From contig CBDCWG010000012.1 in NCBI GenBank assembly GCA_965223345.1, positions 1 through 64,000 of the forward strand: 64,000 bases of DNA. The letters run 5' to 3'. The number at the start of each line of letters is the position of its first letter. Within the stretch, counting starts at the first letter, position 1. The notes under the pieces were generated by a model. It was given only the letters and a program-made list of their open reading frames with translations, ran no database searches and was not told the origin of the DNA. Of this stretch, positions 40,299-49,713 are shown piece by piece. This stretch comes from Nitrospinales bacterium (GTDB lineage Bacteria; Nitrospinota; Nitrospinia; Nitrospinales; VA-1). The translations under genes were made by a program, and so were the position numbers.

Positions 40299-41906
40299 TC
40301 ACGCGGTCTGCGGCGCCAGCCCGGACAACAGCTTGCGGGTCGCCGCCAACTGCTGGTGGTCTTCCAGTTTGAGGAACAGCTTCTCGGCTTTTTTCAAATG
40401 ACCGAGGGCTTTGTCGGTGTCGCCGCGTTGTTCCAAGTACAGGCTGCCCAGCAAAAAATGCGCGTCGGCGAAATCCGGCTTGACCTGCGTCAACGCCTGA
40501 AACACTTCGCAGGCCTCGGCGTAATGGGCCAGATCGGTGAGGGCGAGGCCGAGGTAAAACTGCACGTGCGCGGCGTGCGGGTTGATGCGGACGGCGTGCT
40601 TCAGATAGTGCACCGCTTCCTCGCTCTGCCCGGTCACGCGATGCGCCACACCGAGGTAGTAGTAGACATTGGCCTCTTCGGGCGCGAGGGCCAACGCCTC
40701 GTTGAGCGTCTCGATGGCTTCGGCGAACTGCCGCAGCTTGATGTAGGAAGCGCCGAGGGCGATGTGGGCGTGGTGGTAGTCGGGCTTGATCTGCACCACC
40801 CGCCTGAGCGTCGAGACCGCCTTGGAGATGAGGCCGCCGCCGGTGTCTTCCAGGCTGCCGTAGGCGATTCCCAGGTTGTAGAGCGCGTCCACGAAATCCG
40901 GCCGGATGTGGGTCGCCATCTTGTACGCGTCGATGGCTCCCTGGCAACTGCCCAGCTGCTGCCAGCGCAGCCCTTCCTTGAGCCAGTCGTCGGCGGCGCG
41001 GCCGGGGTCGGCGACGGCTTCCGCAGGCCGGCACTGCTGGTGCACCAGCGTGGCGCGGTGCAGATCGCCCTGCGCCGAAAACAGCTGTTCCGCTCTCTCC
41101 AGATATTTCTGCGCCCGCTTCGGGTTTCGCAGCCGTTTGATGTGAATCGTTCCCAACTGGTGCACCGCTTCCGCGAAATCGGGCAGCAGGCGGGCGGCTT
41201 TTTTGAAGGCGTGCCGTGCGGGAATGTGCAGGCTGTATTCGAGGTAGGCCAGGCCCAGCCAGTAGGCGGTGTGCGCCGAGGCGCGAACCGGTTCCGTGGA
41301 GCCGTTATCCTGGGTGGCATTGTTGTTGCGCCCCACCCGTTCGTCCATGAAGTCCATCCAGAACTCGGCCACGGCGAAATCGGATACCAGCGGCACGACG
41401 CGCTTGCATTCGGCGAACGCTTTCTTCTCCTTGCCCTGCTGCCAGTACGCCCGCGCCAGATCCAGATACACCTGCGGGTAATCCGGTTTGAGTTTGCTGG
41501 CTTTTTTGTAGCAGTCGATTTCCTGCTTGATGCGGTTCTGGCGGCCGAAACAATGTCCCATCAGGTGGAGGGCCGGATACGCACCGGGGTTGTTGTCGAG
41601 CGCCGCCTCGAAACCCCGCAGCGCCTCCGCGTAGTTGCGGTTCAGGGTGTGCTCCATCGCCTGCTCGAACGCATCCAGCTCCTTCCAGGCGAACGGCAGC
41701 ACGCCGTGCAGGATCTGGGTGATCTTCACCGCGGACGAATCGGGCGCGTGCAGGGCGTCCACCTGCTTCATCATGTCCGGATTCTTCGCGCGCAGCGCGT
41801 CGCCCAGTTCGGACAGGGAAACGTAGCCCGAGCGGGTCGCGTCGCGTTTTCTTGTTTTGTGTGCTTTTTTCTTCACGGCATCGCACTGTGTCGGTGATGC
41901 CTTCAA
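40299..41906 (-). CDS. Tetratricopeptide repeat protein
   Basis: Many P(D/E)xxxAxxxLG TPR units; start uncertain. Confidence 0.85.
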   Translation of the reverse strand: MKASPTQCDAVKKKAHKTRKRDATRSGYVSLSELGDALRAKNPDMMKQVDALHAPDSSAVKITQILHGVLPFAWKELDAFEQAMEHTLNRNYAEALRGFEAALDNNPGAYPALHLMGHCFGRQNRIKQEIDCYKKASKLKPDYPQVYLDLARAYWQQGKEKKAFAECKRVVPLVSDFAVAEFWMDFMDERVGRNNNATQDNGSTEPVRASAHTAYWLGLAYLEYSLHIPARHAFKKAARLLPDFAEAVHQLGTIHIKRLRNPKRAQKYLERAEQLFSAQGDLHRATLVHQQCRPAEAVADPGRAADDWLKEGLRWQQLGSCQGAIDAYKMATHIRPDFVDALYNLGIAYGSLEDTGGGLISKAVSTLRRVVQIKPDYHHAHIALGASYIKLRQFAEAIETLNEALALAPEEANVYYYLGVAHRVTGQSEEAVHYLKHAVRINPHAAHVQFYLGLALTDLAHYAEACEVFQALTQVKPDFADAHFLLGSLYLEQRGDTDKALGHLKKAEKLFLKLEDHQQLAATRKLLSGLAPQTA

Positions 41907-41958
41907 TTATAGAGGTTTGGGCGCGGGATTGAAAGGGAGGAGCGGCGCGGTTTGGCGC

Positions 41959-42729
41959 TCACGAACCGTGTTCGCGTCTCAGATAGTTCCGGGTTTCCGG
42001 GTGCACCGGATGGTCAAAAAAATCGGGGTTTTTTCCGCATTCGTGGAAAGTTCCGCGGTGCAAAAAGATCACTTCGTCGCACACCCGCCGGGCTTGCGGG
42101 ATGTTGTGGGTGACGAGCAGCACGGTGTGGCTGGTTTTGAGCGACACGATCAGCTCCTCGATCGCCGCACTGGAATGCGGGTCCAGCGAGGCGGTGGGTT
42201 CGTCCATCAACAGCACCGCCGGTTCGATGGCCAGCGTGCGGGCGATGGCCAGGCGCTGCTGCTGTCCCTGCGAAAGCGTGGGGGCCGGTTTGTGCAAACG
42301 GTCCTTCACCTCTTCCCACAGAAATACGCGGCGCAGGGTCGCTTCCACGAGCGATTCGAAATCCTGTTTGCGCTGCGGGAACAGGTGCCGCGCTCCGAAC
42401 AGCACGTTCTCGCGGATGCTCACCGGAAACACGCAGGGCGTCTGAAACACCATGCCGACGCTGCGCCGCAGATTGTAAACGTCGAGCCCCGCTTCGCCGT
42501 AGATGTCCTTTCCCTCCACACGCATCGCGCCCTCGACGCGGAACCCGCCGGTGCGGTCGTGCAGGCGGCTCAGGGCGCGCAGCAGCGTGGTTTTGCCGCT
42601 GCCGGAAGGCCCGAGGATGCCGGTGACGTGATGCCGCTTCACGACGCCTGTGAGCGCGTCGAGAACGGGTTTGCCGTTGAAGGAGATGCGGGCGTCGTTC
42701 CACTCGATGGCGATCGCGTTGGCGTTCAT
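41959..42729 (-). CDS. pstB: Phosphate ABC transporter ATPase
   Basis: GPSGSGKT, VGMVFQ.P..FP.SI.ENV, LSQGQQQRL.IAR, DEPTASLD; start MNANAI. Confidence 0.88.
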   Translation of the reverse strand: MNANAIAIEWNDARISFNGKPVLDALTGVVKRHHVTGILGPSGSGKTTLLRALSRLHDRTGGFRVEGAMRVEGKDIYGEAGLDVYNLRRSVGMVFQTPCVFPVSIRENVLFGARHLFPQRKQDFESLVEATLRRVFLWEEVKDRLHKPAPTLSQGQQQRLAIARTLAIEPAVLLMDEPTASLDPHSSAAIEELIVSLKTSHTVLLVTHNIPQARRVCDEVIFLHRGTFHECGKNPDFFDHPVHPETRNYLRREHGS

Positions 42730-43574
42730 GACTGCGACTCCATGCGCATGCGGCCACGGCAGAACAGTGCGCCGGCGGTCAGGACCAGCACCAGGGTCAT
42801 GAGGATCAGCCCCGCGCCCCAGGCGTTGGTCAGCGCCGCGGGATTCAGCGCCTCCTGCGCCAGCACCAGGATGTGGGTCTGCAACGTGGGCACCGGGTCG
42901 GTCCAGGAGGCGGGCAGTTCGATACCGGAAAAGGTGGTGGCGGTGAACATGATGGCGGCGGTTTCCCCGGCGGCGCGGGCCAGGCCCAACAAAATGCCGG
43001 TGACGATGCCGTACACGCTCTGCGGCAGAATCACCGAGCGGATCAGCGCGCCGGGCGTCAGCCCCAGCGACAGGGCGGTCTCGCGGTATTTTTCCGGCAG
43101 GGCTTCGATGGCTTCCTGAATGTTCACCTGCAGAGTGGGCAGGATCATGACGGCGAGGATGCAGGAACCGGTGACCCAGGACACGCCCGCATCGAGGATG
43201 ACCGCGAAGAAAAGATAGCCCACCAGGCCGAACAGGATGGTGGGCACGGCGTTGAGCGCGTGCATGCCGTTGCGGAACAGATCCTTCAGCCGCTTCGAGT
43301 GAAGGCACTCGGTCTGAAACAGCGCCGCGCCCAGAGCGATCGGCAGACTGATGCTGACCGCACCGGCCATCAGGATCAGGGTGCCTGCGGTCTGGTAGAG
43401 GACGCCGCCTTCGACGCCGAAATTTTTCGAAGCTGAAAGCAGAAACTCAAGATCCCAGGCGGGCAGCCCGCGGATCAGCAGGGTGCCGAGGATCACCGCG
43501 AGCAGTCCGAGACCGATGCCGGTCAAAACGGCGAGCACAGCGAGGGCGGTCTTTTCAACGCGGCGCGCGTTCAT
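42726..43574 (-). CDS. pstA: Phosphate ABC transporter permease PstA
   Basis: VPTILFGL.G, MILP, LARAAGETA; ATGA overlaps at both ends. Confidence 0.85.
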   Translation of the reverse strand: MNARRVEKTALAVLAVLTGIGLGLLAVILGTLLIRGLPAWDLEFLLSASKNFGVEGGVLYQTAGTLILMAGAVSISLPIALGAALFQTECLHSKRLKDLFRNGMHALNAVPTILFGLVGYLFFAVILDAGVSWVTGSCILAVMILPTLQVNIQEAIEALPEKYRETALSLGLTPGALIRSVILPQSVYGIVTGILLGLARAAGETAAIMFTATTFSGIELPASWTDPVPTLQTHILVLAQEALNPAALTNAWGAGLILMTLVLVLTAGALFCRGRMRMESQS

Positions 43575-44437
43575 GAGCGGGCTCGCTTTAAAAACAGGTT
43601 GCCGACGGTCGTGATGGAAAGCACCAGGCAGAACAGCACCGCCCCCAGGGCCATCAGCGCGCTCCAGTGCAGATCGGTTCCCAGCGCTTCCGCCGCTTCG
43701 CGTCCGAGTTTCGAGGGGATGCTCTGGGCCGGGGCGAAGATGTCGAACCAGGGGCTGGGGATTTTGTCGAGCCCGCCGATGACCAGCATGACGGCCACGG
43801 TCTCCCCCATCGCGCGGCCCAGCCCCAGGAACACGGCGCCGGCGATGCCGGGCAGCGCGCGCGGCAGCACGGCGTGCAGCACGGTCTGCCAGCGGGTGAG
43901 GCCGAGGCTCAGCGCAGCGTCGCGGTAGCATCCGGGCACCGCCTGCAGCGCGTCTTCGGACACGGTGAGAATGGTGGGAAACACCATGATGCCCAGCAGC
44001 AGGCCCGCGGTCAGCAGGGTGTGGCCGTCGATGAGACCGAAGGTGCTCTGCACCCAGCCCGATAACAGCGCGACGCCGAGGAGGCCATACAGAATGCCGG
44101 GGACGCCGGCGAACAGTTCCATCAGCCCCTTGACGGTCAGGCGCAGCCGCGGCGGCAGAAATTCCGAGGTGAACACCGCGCCCGCCAGCGCCAGCGGCAC
44201 CACCCAGAGCAGCGCGAGTAACGTGACCATGAGGGAGCCGTAGATCAAAGGCAGCGCGCCGTAGGTTTCACCGGCCCACCAGTCGCGGCCGATGAAAAAA
44301 CCCACGCCCTCCTGCGCCCAGGCGGGCAGGGATTCGAAAAGCAGAAAGGCGAACAGAAAGAACACGCAGCTTGCGGCGAGCAGCGCCATCGCGCCCAGCG
44401 TCCAGAAGAGCGGATCTTTGAGGTTGTGTGGATTCAC
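43571..44437 (-). CDS. pstC: Phosphate ABC transporter permease PstC
   Basis: YGALPLIYGS, AGVPGILYG, GLGRAMGET.AV; GTG start. Confidence 0.85.
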   Translation of the reverse strand: MNPHNLKDPLFWTLGAMALLAASCVFFLFAFLLFESLPAWAQEGVGFFIGRDWWAGETYGALPLIYGSLMVTLLALLWVVPLALAGAVFTSEFLPPRLRLTVKGLMELFAGVPGILYGLLGVALLSGWVQSTFGLIDGHTLLTAGLLLGIMVFPTILTVSEDALQAVPGCYRDAALSLGLTRWQTVLHAVLPRALPGIAGAVFLGLGRAMGETVAVMLVIGGLDKIPSPWFDIFAPAQSIPSKLGREAAEALGTDLHWSALMALGAVLFCLVLSITTVGNLFLKRARS

Positions 44438-44462
44438 TTTCAGGCGCTCCGGAGTGGACGGA

Positions 44463-45338
44463 TCAGGAGGGCGCGGCGGGGACGTAGCCGCTTTCCTCGA
44501 CGATCTGCCTTCCCGACGGGCTGAACAGAAAATCGATGAACTCCTTGACGATGCCGCGCGGCTCGCCGGCAACGACCAGGTTGAGATTGCGCGCCAGCGG
44601 AAATTTTCCGGAGCGGATGTTGTCGAGGGTGGGTTCGATCACCCGGTCCTGCTCCTGGATGCCGATGCCCACCACGTCGCGGTTCATCCAGGCCACGGAA
44701 AGCATGCCGATGGCGGCGTCGCTCTGGGCGATCTTGGCCTGCTCTTCGTTGTTGGACCCGGTGACCAGCCGCGCTCCCGGCGCGCGGGCGGCGGGGTCGC
44801 CGAACAGGTAACGCATGAACACGTGCCGGGTGCCGCGGTGCCGTTCCTTATCGACGACGACGATTTTGCGGTCCGGGCCGCCGACCTGTTTCCAGTTGGT
44901 GATTTTTCCGAGATAGATGTCGCGCATCTGCTGGCGGGTCAACGAGCGCACGCCGGCGTCATAGATCTCCGAGGAAACCACACACGCCACCGCATCGCGG
45001 CCGATGGGAATGCTCTTGAGTCCCGACCGGTCGAAGCGTTTTTTTTCCTTCGCGGTGATCTCGCGCGAGGCCATGCCGATCTCCACCCGGCCGCTGCCGG
45101 CGGACTGAATGCCGACTCCGGAGCCGCCGCCGTTGACGGTGATCGACAAGCGGTCTTTCTTCGCAGCGGCAAACCGCTCGGCGGCGCGGGATGCGATGGG
45201 CAGCACCGTGGTGGACCCGGCGATGCGGATGCGCTCGGTCTCGGCGGACCGGCTTGCGGGCGGCAAAACGACCGCACCCAAAAGGAAAGTGAACAGCAGC
45301 AGGCAGATTTTCGTCGGCGTTTGCATCCGGTTTTTCAT
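44463..45338 (-). CDS. pstS: Phosphate ABC transporter substrate-binding protein
   Basis: AGSTTVLP, GGGSGVG, GMASR, IY.GKITNW.QVGG, Y/FPL.R. Confidence 0.85.
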   Translation of the reverse strand: MKNRMQTPTKICLLLFTFLLGAVVLPPASRSAETERIRIAGSTTVLPIASRAAERFAAAKKDRLSITVNGGGSGVGIQSAGSGRVEIGMASREITAKEKKRFDRSGLKSIPIGRDAVACVVSSEIYDAGVRSLTRQQMRDIYLGKITNWKQVGGPDRKIVVVDKERHRGTRHVFMRYLFGDPAARAPGARLVTGSNNEEQAKIAQSDAAIGMLSVAWMNRDVVGIGIQEQDRVIEPTLDNIRSGKFPLARNLNLVVAGEPRGIVKEFIDFLFSPSGRQIVEESGYVPAAPS

Positions 45339-45357
45339 CCTTTTGATGTCGGAAGGG

Positions 45358-45396
45358 CAACTATATCTATATATATAAATATTTAAATATAGTCAA
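45358..45396 (-). promoter_or_regulatory. AT-rich dyad overlapping a probable pst promoter
   Basis: ACTATATCTATAT...ATTTAAATATAGT imperfect inverted repeat; minus strand TTGACT-17-TATATA. Confidence 0.5.
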
Positions 45397-45489
45397 ACGA
45401 AGTTATTCGCCCGCGGAAAAAAACGACCCCAGATAAGTCGCGGAAGGTGCAAAAACCCTACAAACTATTTTTTCGGGAACGGGAAAGGA

Positions 45490-47925
45490 TCAGAAACTGC
45501 GGAGGGATTTCATTTTCAAAAGCGACAGCCGCGCTTTGAGCGAACCCCGGTCGGCGGCGCGGGAAAACCAGCGCTGCGCCTCGTGTTCATCCCGGGCGAC
45601 GCAGCGGCCGTCGCGGTACAGGCGGCCCAGATGGCAGAGCGCTTCGTCCCCGCCCTGCTCGGCGGCCAGGCGGTACCAGTTGAGCGCTTCTTGCGTGTCT
45701 TTGTCCACACCCCGGCCGGACTCGTAGAGTTTGCCGAGCGCGAACTGCGCTTTGGCGTTGCCGAGCTGCGCGGCTTTGGCATACCAGTCGGCGGCGGCCG
45801 CATAGTCGGGCGATTTTCTTTCTGCATACAGGCGGCCCAGGTTGCACAGCGCCTCTTCGTGACCGGCCTCGGCGGCGCGTCTGTACCAGGTTTCGCTTTG
45901 CCGCCTGTTCTTGGGCACACCGTCGCCGGTTTCATACAGATAGCCGAGATGATTCTGCGCGCGCGCGTTGCCGGTGCGCGCGGCTTTGCGCAGCCATTCC
46001 ACGGGCTGTGCCGGTTTTTCCGCCGAACCGGCGGCGGCTTCTTCGGGGTCGCGGTACCAGCGGGCGGCTTCCTCATAATCCTGGGGAACGCCGCGGCCGA
46101 CGAAATACATCATGCCGAGGTTTTCCCGCGCCTGATCGTGGCCCTGCGCGGCGGCGCGCTTGTACCACTGCACGGCTTCGTTGGCGTCGGCGTCGCGGCC
46201 CAGGCCGTTTTCGCACATATAACCCAGGTGGTTCTGCGCCTCGGCGTTGCCCGCTGCGGCGGCGCGTTCGATCCAAACGAGGGCTTCCTCAAGATCGCGC
46301 TTCACGGCCTGGCCGCGGTGATACAGTTTTCCCAGTTTGAACTGCGCGTCCGCATGGCCGCTGTCGGCGGCCTGCCGGTACCAGTAGGCGGCCTGGATGC
46401 CGTCCTGCGGAACGCCTTCGCCGCTCTGGTACAGGCTTCCCAGCGCGTGCTTCGCGTCGGCGTCGCCGGCGTCGGCGGCCTGTTGATACGCGGCCGCGGC
46501 TTTTTCCGGATCGCATTGCACGCCGATGCCGTGGTGCAGCGCGCGGGCCCAATGGAAACATCCGAGCGCATCCTGCAATTCGGCGGCCCGCTCGAACCAG
46601 CGCGCCGCGGCTGCCCTATCGCTGTCCTCTTCCGCATTCGCTTCGCAGACCATCCCCCAGAACACCTGCGCGTCGGGCAGGTTCTCCTGCGCCGCCCGTT
46701 CCAGCCAGAGCCGGGCTTTGTGTGCATCGGCCGCCGTCCCTTCGCCGAGACAATACAGCGCGCCGAGCAGGTACTGCGCGCGCACGTGTCCCATCTTGGC
46801 GGCTTTTTCGTACCACTTCAGGGCTTCGGCGGCGTCCTGTGCGGCGCCCAGCCCTTTCTCGCACAGCACGCCGAGGCGATACTGCGCTTCGGTGTGGCCG
46901 GCTTCGGCGGCGCGCCGGTACCAGTCCACCGCTTCCTGATATTCGCGGCGCTGGTAAAAGAAATTTCCCTTGTCGAAGAACGCGTCGGCGTCGGGCGTCA
47001 GGCGGTCGTGGGTCTTTTCCAGAAACTGCTGCGCTTCCCGGTGCCCCTGCTCGGCGGCGCGGCACATCCAGTGCAGGGCCTGGCGCGGATCCTGGGCGAC
47101 GCCCTCACCCCGGTGATACAGCGCGCCCAGCTTGAACTGCGCCTCATCCAGCCCCGCCTCGGCGGCGAGCGTGTACCAGCGCACGGCGGCCTTGAGGTTT
47201 TTTTCCACACCGCGGCCGTGCTCGAAGGCGTCGCCGAGATTGAACTGCGCGTCCTCGTTGCCGCTGCGGGCGGATTTGTTGAACCAGTCCCGGGCGAGCT
47301 TCAGATTCTTCGCGACGCCCTCGCCCTGTTCGTACAGGATGCCCAGCATGTTCTGGGCGACGTCGTTGCCGGTCTTCGCCACTTTGCGGAACCATTTCGC
47401 CGCTTCTTTCGGCGATTGTTCGACCCCTTTGCCAAAATAGTACATGCGTCCCAGATTGTATTGTGCGGCGCCGTCTCCCTGCTCGGCGGCCTGCTTGTAC
47501 CAGTGGAAACTTTCCGTCAGGTCCTGTTCGACGCCGATGCCGTTTTCATACAGCACCCCCAGAAAACCCTGCCCGTTGGCGTTGCCGCGCTCGGCTGCCT
47601 TTTTGAACCACTTGAAGGCTTCGGCTTCATCGCGGGCGACGCCCACGCCTTTGAAGTACACCACCCCGAGGTTGTACTGGGCCTGGGGCTTGCCCGATTG
47701 GGCTTCTTTGAGCCAGCGGTCGGTTTCCTGCACGCTGAGTTTCGCCGCCTGGCCGTCGTTGTTGCGGTAGACCAGCTCGGCGGACGGTCCTTCCTGCCGC
47801 TTTGCGGACAACAGATCGAGACCGCGGGCGGACAGCGTCTGGGCGGGCACGGGCGAAACCGGCGCGTGCGACAAATCGGCTGGATGGGGGACGTGTTTGC
47901 TCACGGTGGACGGATCCTCGCTCAT
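45490..47925 (-). CDS. Sel1-like repeat protein (about 19 repeats by eye)
   Basis: Repeated AQxxLGxxY..G.GV..D..EA..W...AA.G units; no signal peptide. Confidence 0.92.
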   Translation of the reverse strand: MSEDPSTVSKHVPHPADLSHAPVSPVPAQTLSARGLDLLSAKRQEGPSAELVYRNNDGQAAKLSVQETDRWLKEAQSGKPQAQYNLGVVYFKGVGVARDEAEAFKWFKKAAERGNANGQGFLGVLYENGIGVEQDLTESFHWYKQAAEQGDGAAQYNLGRMYYFGKGVEQSPKEAAKWFRKVAKTGNDVAQNMLGILYEQGEGVAKNLKLARDWFNKSARSGNEDAQFNLGDAFEHGRGVEKNLKAAVRWYTLAAEAGLDEAQFKLGALYHRGEGVAQDPRQALHWMCRAAEQGHREAQQFLEKTHDRLTPDADAFFDKGNFFYQRREYQEAVDWYRRAAEAGHTEAQYRLGVLCEKGLGAAQDAAEALKWYEKAAKMGHVRAQYLLGALYCLGEGTAADAHKARLWLERAAQENLPDAQVFWGMVCEANAEEDSDRAAAARWFERAAELQDALGCFHWARALHHGIGVQCDPEKAAAAYQQAADAGDADAKHALGSLYQSGEGVPQDGIQAAYWYRQAADSGHADAQFKLGKLYHRGQAVKRDLEEALVWIERAAAAGNAEAQNHLGYMCENGLGRDADANEAVQWYKRAAAQGHDQARENLGMMYFVGRGVPQDYEEAARWYRDPEEAAAGSAEKPAQPVEWLRKAARTGNARAQNHLGYLYETGDGVPKNRRQSETWYRRAAEAGHEEALCNLGRLYAERKSPDYAAAADWYAKAAQLGNAKAQFALGKLYESGRGVDKDTQEALNWYRLAAEQGGDEALCHLGRLYRDGRCVARDEHEAQRWFSRAADRGSLKARLSLLKMKSLRSF

Positions 47926-48704
47926 TCCTCTAGCGTGTCGGCGATGTCCCGCACCCGCGATTTGAGGGTGATGATTTTTTCCTCGATGCCGTCCGCCATT
48001 TCCTCAAGCAGGTCCCGCTCGGGATCGGCGGCGCTGCGGATCTTCTGCATCAGGTGATACAGGCTGGAGTCGCGCATCGCCTCCAGCTCTCTCTGGATGC
48101 GATCCAGACGCGTGCGCACCTGCTGAATCTGGCGCAGCGTGCGCACCAGTTGCAGGCCCAGGGTCTCCTGTTTCTGCGCGGGCCGTTCCGCTTCCCAATC
48201 CAGCAGCACGGTGCGGATCATTTCCTCGTCCTGGCGGTCGTACGCCTGATTCAGCCGCGCCATCAGTTCGTGGCGGCGGGCCTGCTCCTCAGGATCGGCA
48301 GCGAGATCGGGATGGATTTTCTTGGCGGCCTCGCGGAACAGTTTTTTCAAGTCCTCAGACGGCTTGAAATCCTCTTTGTCTTCCTCTTCGGGCTGAAAGT
48401 CCGCGGTCTCCTGGGAAGACTGGCGGGCGCGTTCGCGCGCCGCGCGGGCGGAAGCGCGGAAATCGTCGGAGCGGGGGTAGAACTGCGCCGCCAGTTCCAG
48501 AATCCGCGCCTTGACTTCGTCGAGTTCGGTATACTTGACGCCCACCACATGGTGGTAGCGGCGTTCGAACAGGGAGAGCTCCCCTTTCAGGGTGGACAGG
48601 ACGAGTTCCTCATCGGCGAGGGTCTGCCGCAGCTCCGCCAGAAGCTGGCGCTTTTCCTGCAGTTCTTCCTGTTCAGGGGAAACGACCTGGGTGAGCGACG
48701 ACAT
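47922..48704 (-). CDS. Coiled-coil protein with a central J-domain
   Basis: LFREAAKKIHPDL...ELMARLNQAY (HPD motif); GAGG RBS; ATGA overlap with the Sel1 gene. Confidence 0.75.
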   Translation of the reverse strand: MSSLTQVVSPEQEELQEKRQLLAELRQTLADEELVLSTLKGELSLFERRYHHVVGVKYTELDEVKARILELAAQFYPRSDDFRASARAARERARQSSQETADFQPEEEDKEDFKPSEDLKKLFREAAKKIHPDLAADPEEQARRHELMARLNQAYDRQDEEMIRTVLLDWEAERPAQKQETLGLQLVRTLRQIQQVRTRLDRIQRELEAMRDSSLYHLMQKIRSAADPERDLLEEMADGIEEKIITLKSRVRDIADTLEE

Positions 48705-48837
48705 GGGCACCTCGGGTTGCGCGGATCGGAAATCCTTTAAGGCATTTAAACTCAATGTTATTATAGCATTTCAACAAATACATTGAAATATAATTACTAT
48801 CTTATTACCCCCTAGTTTTCACTCTCTGGAGTATCGC

Positions 48838-49713
48838 ATGCCGCCGGCGCCCCCGTATATTTCGGCAGAATCGCCGTTTCTGACCACCGACACGCGCAAG
48901 GACCGCTGGGCCATCCCGTATCATTTCGAATGCCTCAACGCGCGCATCGACACGCTGCTCGGGCAAAACCGCGACGCCGTCGCCGGCAAAAAAATTCTCG
49001 ACGTGGGATCGCACATCGGCACCTTCGCCTACGCCGCGCACACGCTCGGCGCGGACTTCGTGCAGGGCATCGACGTGGAGCCGGATACGGTGCGGCGCTG
49101 TGAGGAACTGTTCAGGAAGCACAAGATCCCGGAATCGGCGTGCCGCTTCGCGGTGGAGGACTGCGTCGGGTATCTGGAACGGATTCCGGAAAACAGTTTC
49201 GACACGGTGTTCTGTTTCGGGATGCTCTATTACAGTGCGGACCCATACCGGCTGTTACAGTTGATGGGGCGGGCCTGCCGCGGGACGCTGCTCGTGGACA
49301 CGTTCACCGCCGCCTACGCCGCCGTGCAGGGCAAGGACGCGCTCATGGTGTATCCGGCGATCGACGACGCGACGCTGGAACTGCCGCTTGCGATCGTCAC
49401 GCTGACCCAGCCGCAAAAAGGCGACTATCGCCTGCCGCAGTCCTTTCCCTACAAGGGCAAGGCGCTGAGTCTGCTCACGCTGCCGACTCCGGCGCTGTTC
49501 GACATCTGGTTCCGTTCGCTGGGAATGGCGTGCACACAGCTGGACTGGACGCGCCACACACGCGGCGCGAAAACCTACCGCGATCTCTACACGCCCGAGC
49601 AGAAGAAGAACTCGCACTGGGCGGACGTGTACGCCAGCGGCATCCGCGTCGCCTACCGGCTTGAGCCCGGCGTCACGCCGGCGGAGGGGGATCGGAAGTC
49701 TCGCGATACGTGA
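48838..49713 (+). CDS. Class I SAM-dependent methyltransferase
   Basis: ILDVGSHIG, GIDVE, FDTVFCFGMLYY. Confidence 0.8.
   Translation: MPPAPPYISAESPFLTTDTRKDRWAIPYHFECLNARIDTLLGQNRDAVAGKKILDVGSHIGTFAYAAHTLGADFVQGIDVEPDTVRRCEELFRKHKIPESACRFAVEDCVGYLERIPENSFDTVFCFGMLYYSADPYRLLQLMGRACRGTLLVDTFTAAYAAVQGKDALMVYPAIDDATLELPLAIVTLTQPQKGDYRLPQSFPYKGKALSLLTLPTPALFDIWFRSLGMACTQLDWTRHTRGAKTYRDLYTPEQKKNSHWADVYASGIRVAYRLEPGVTPAEGDRKSRDT

Noticed and set aside
45583..48057. 824-aa plus-strand ORF and nucleotide periodicity
   Set aside because: Antisense to the Sel1 gene; the periodicity is protein repeats, not a CRISPR array.
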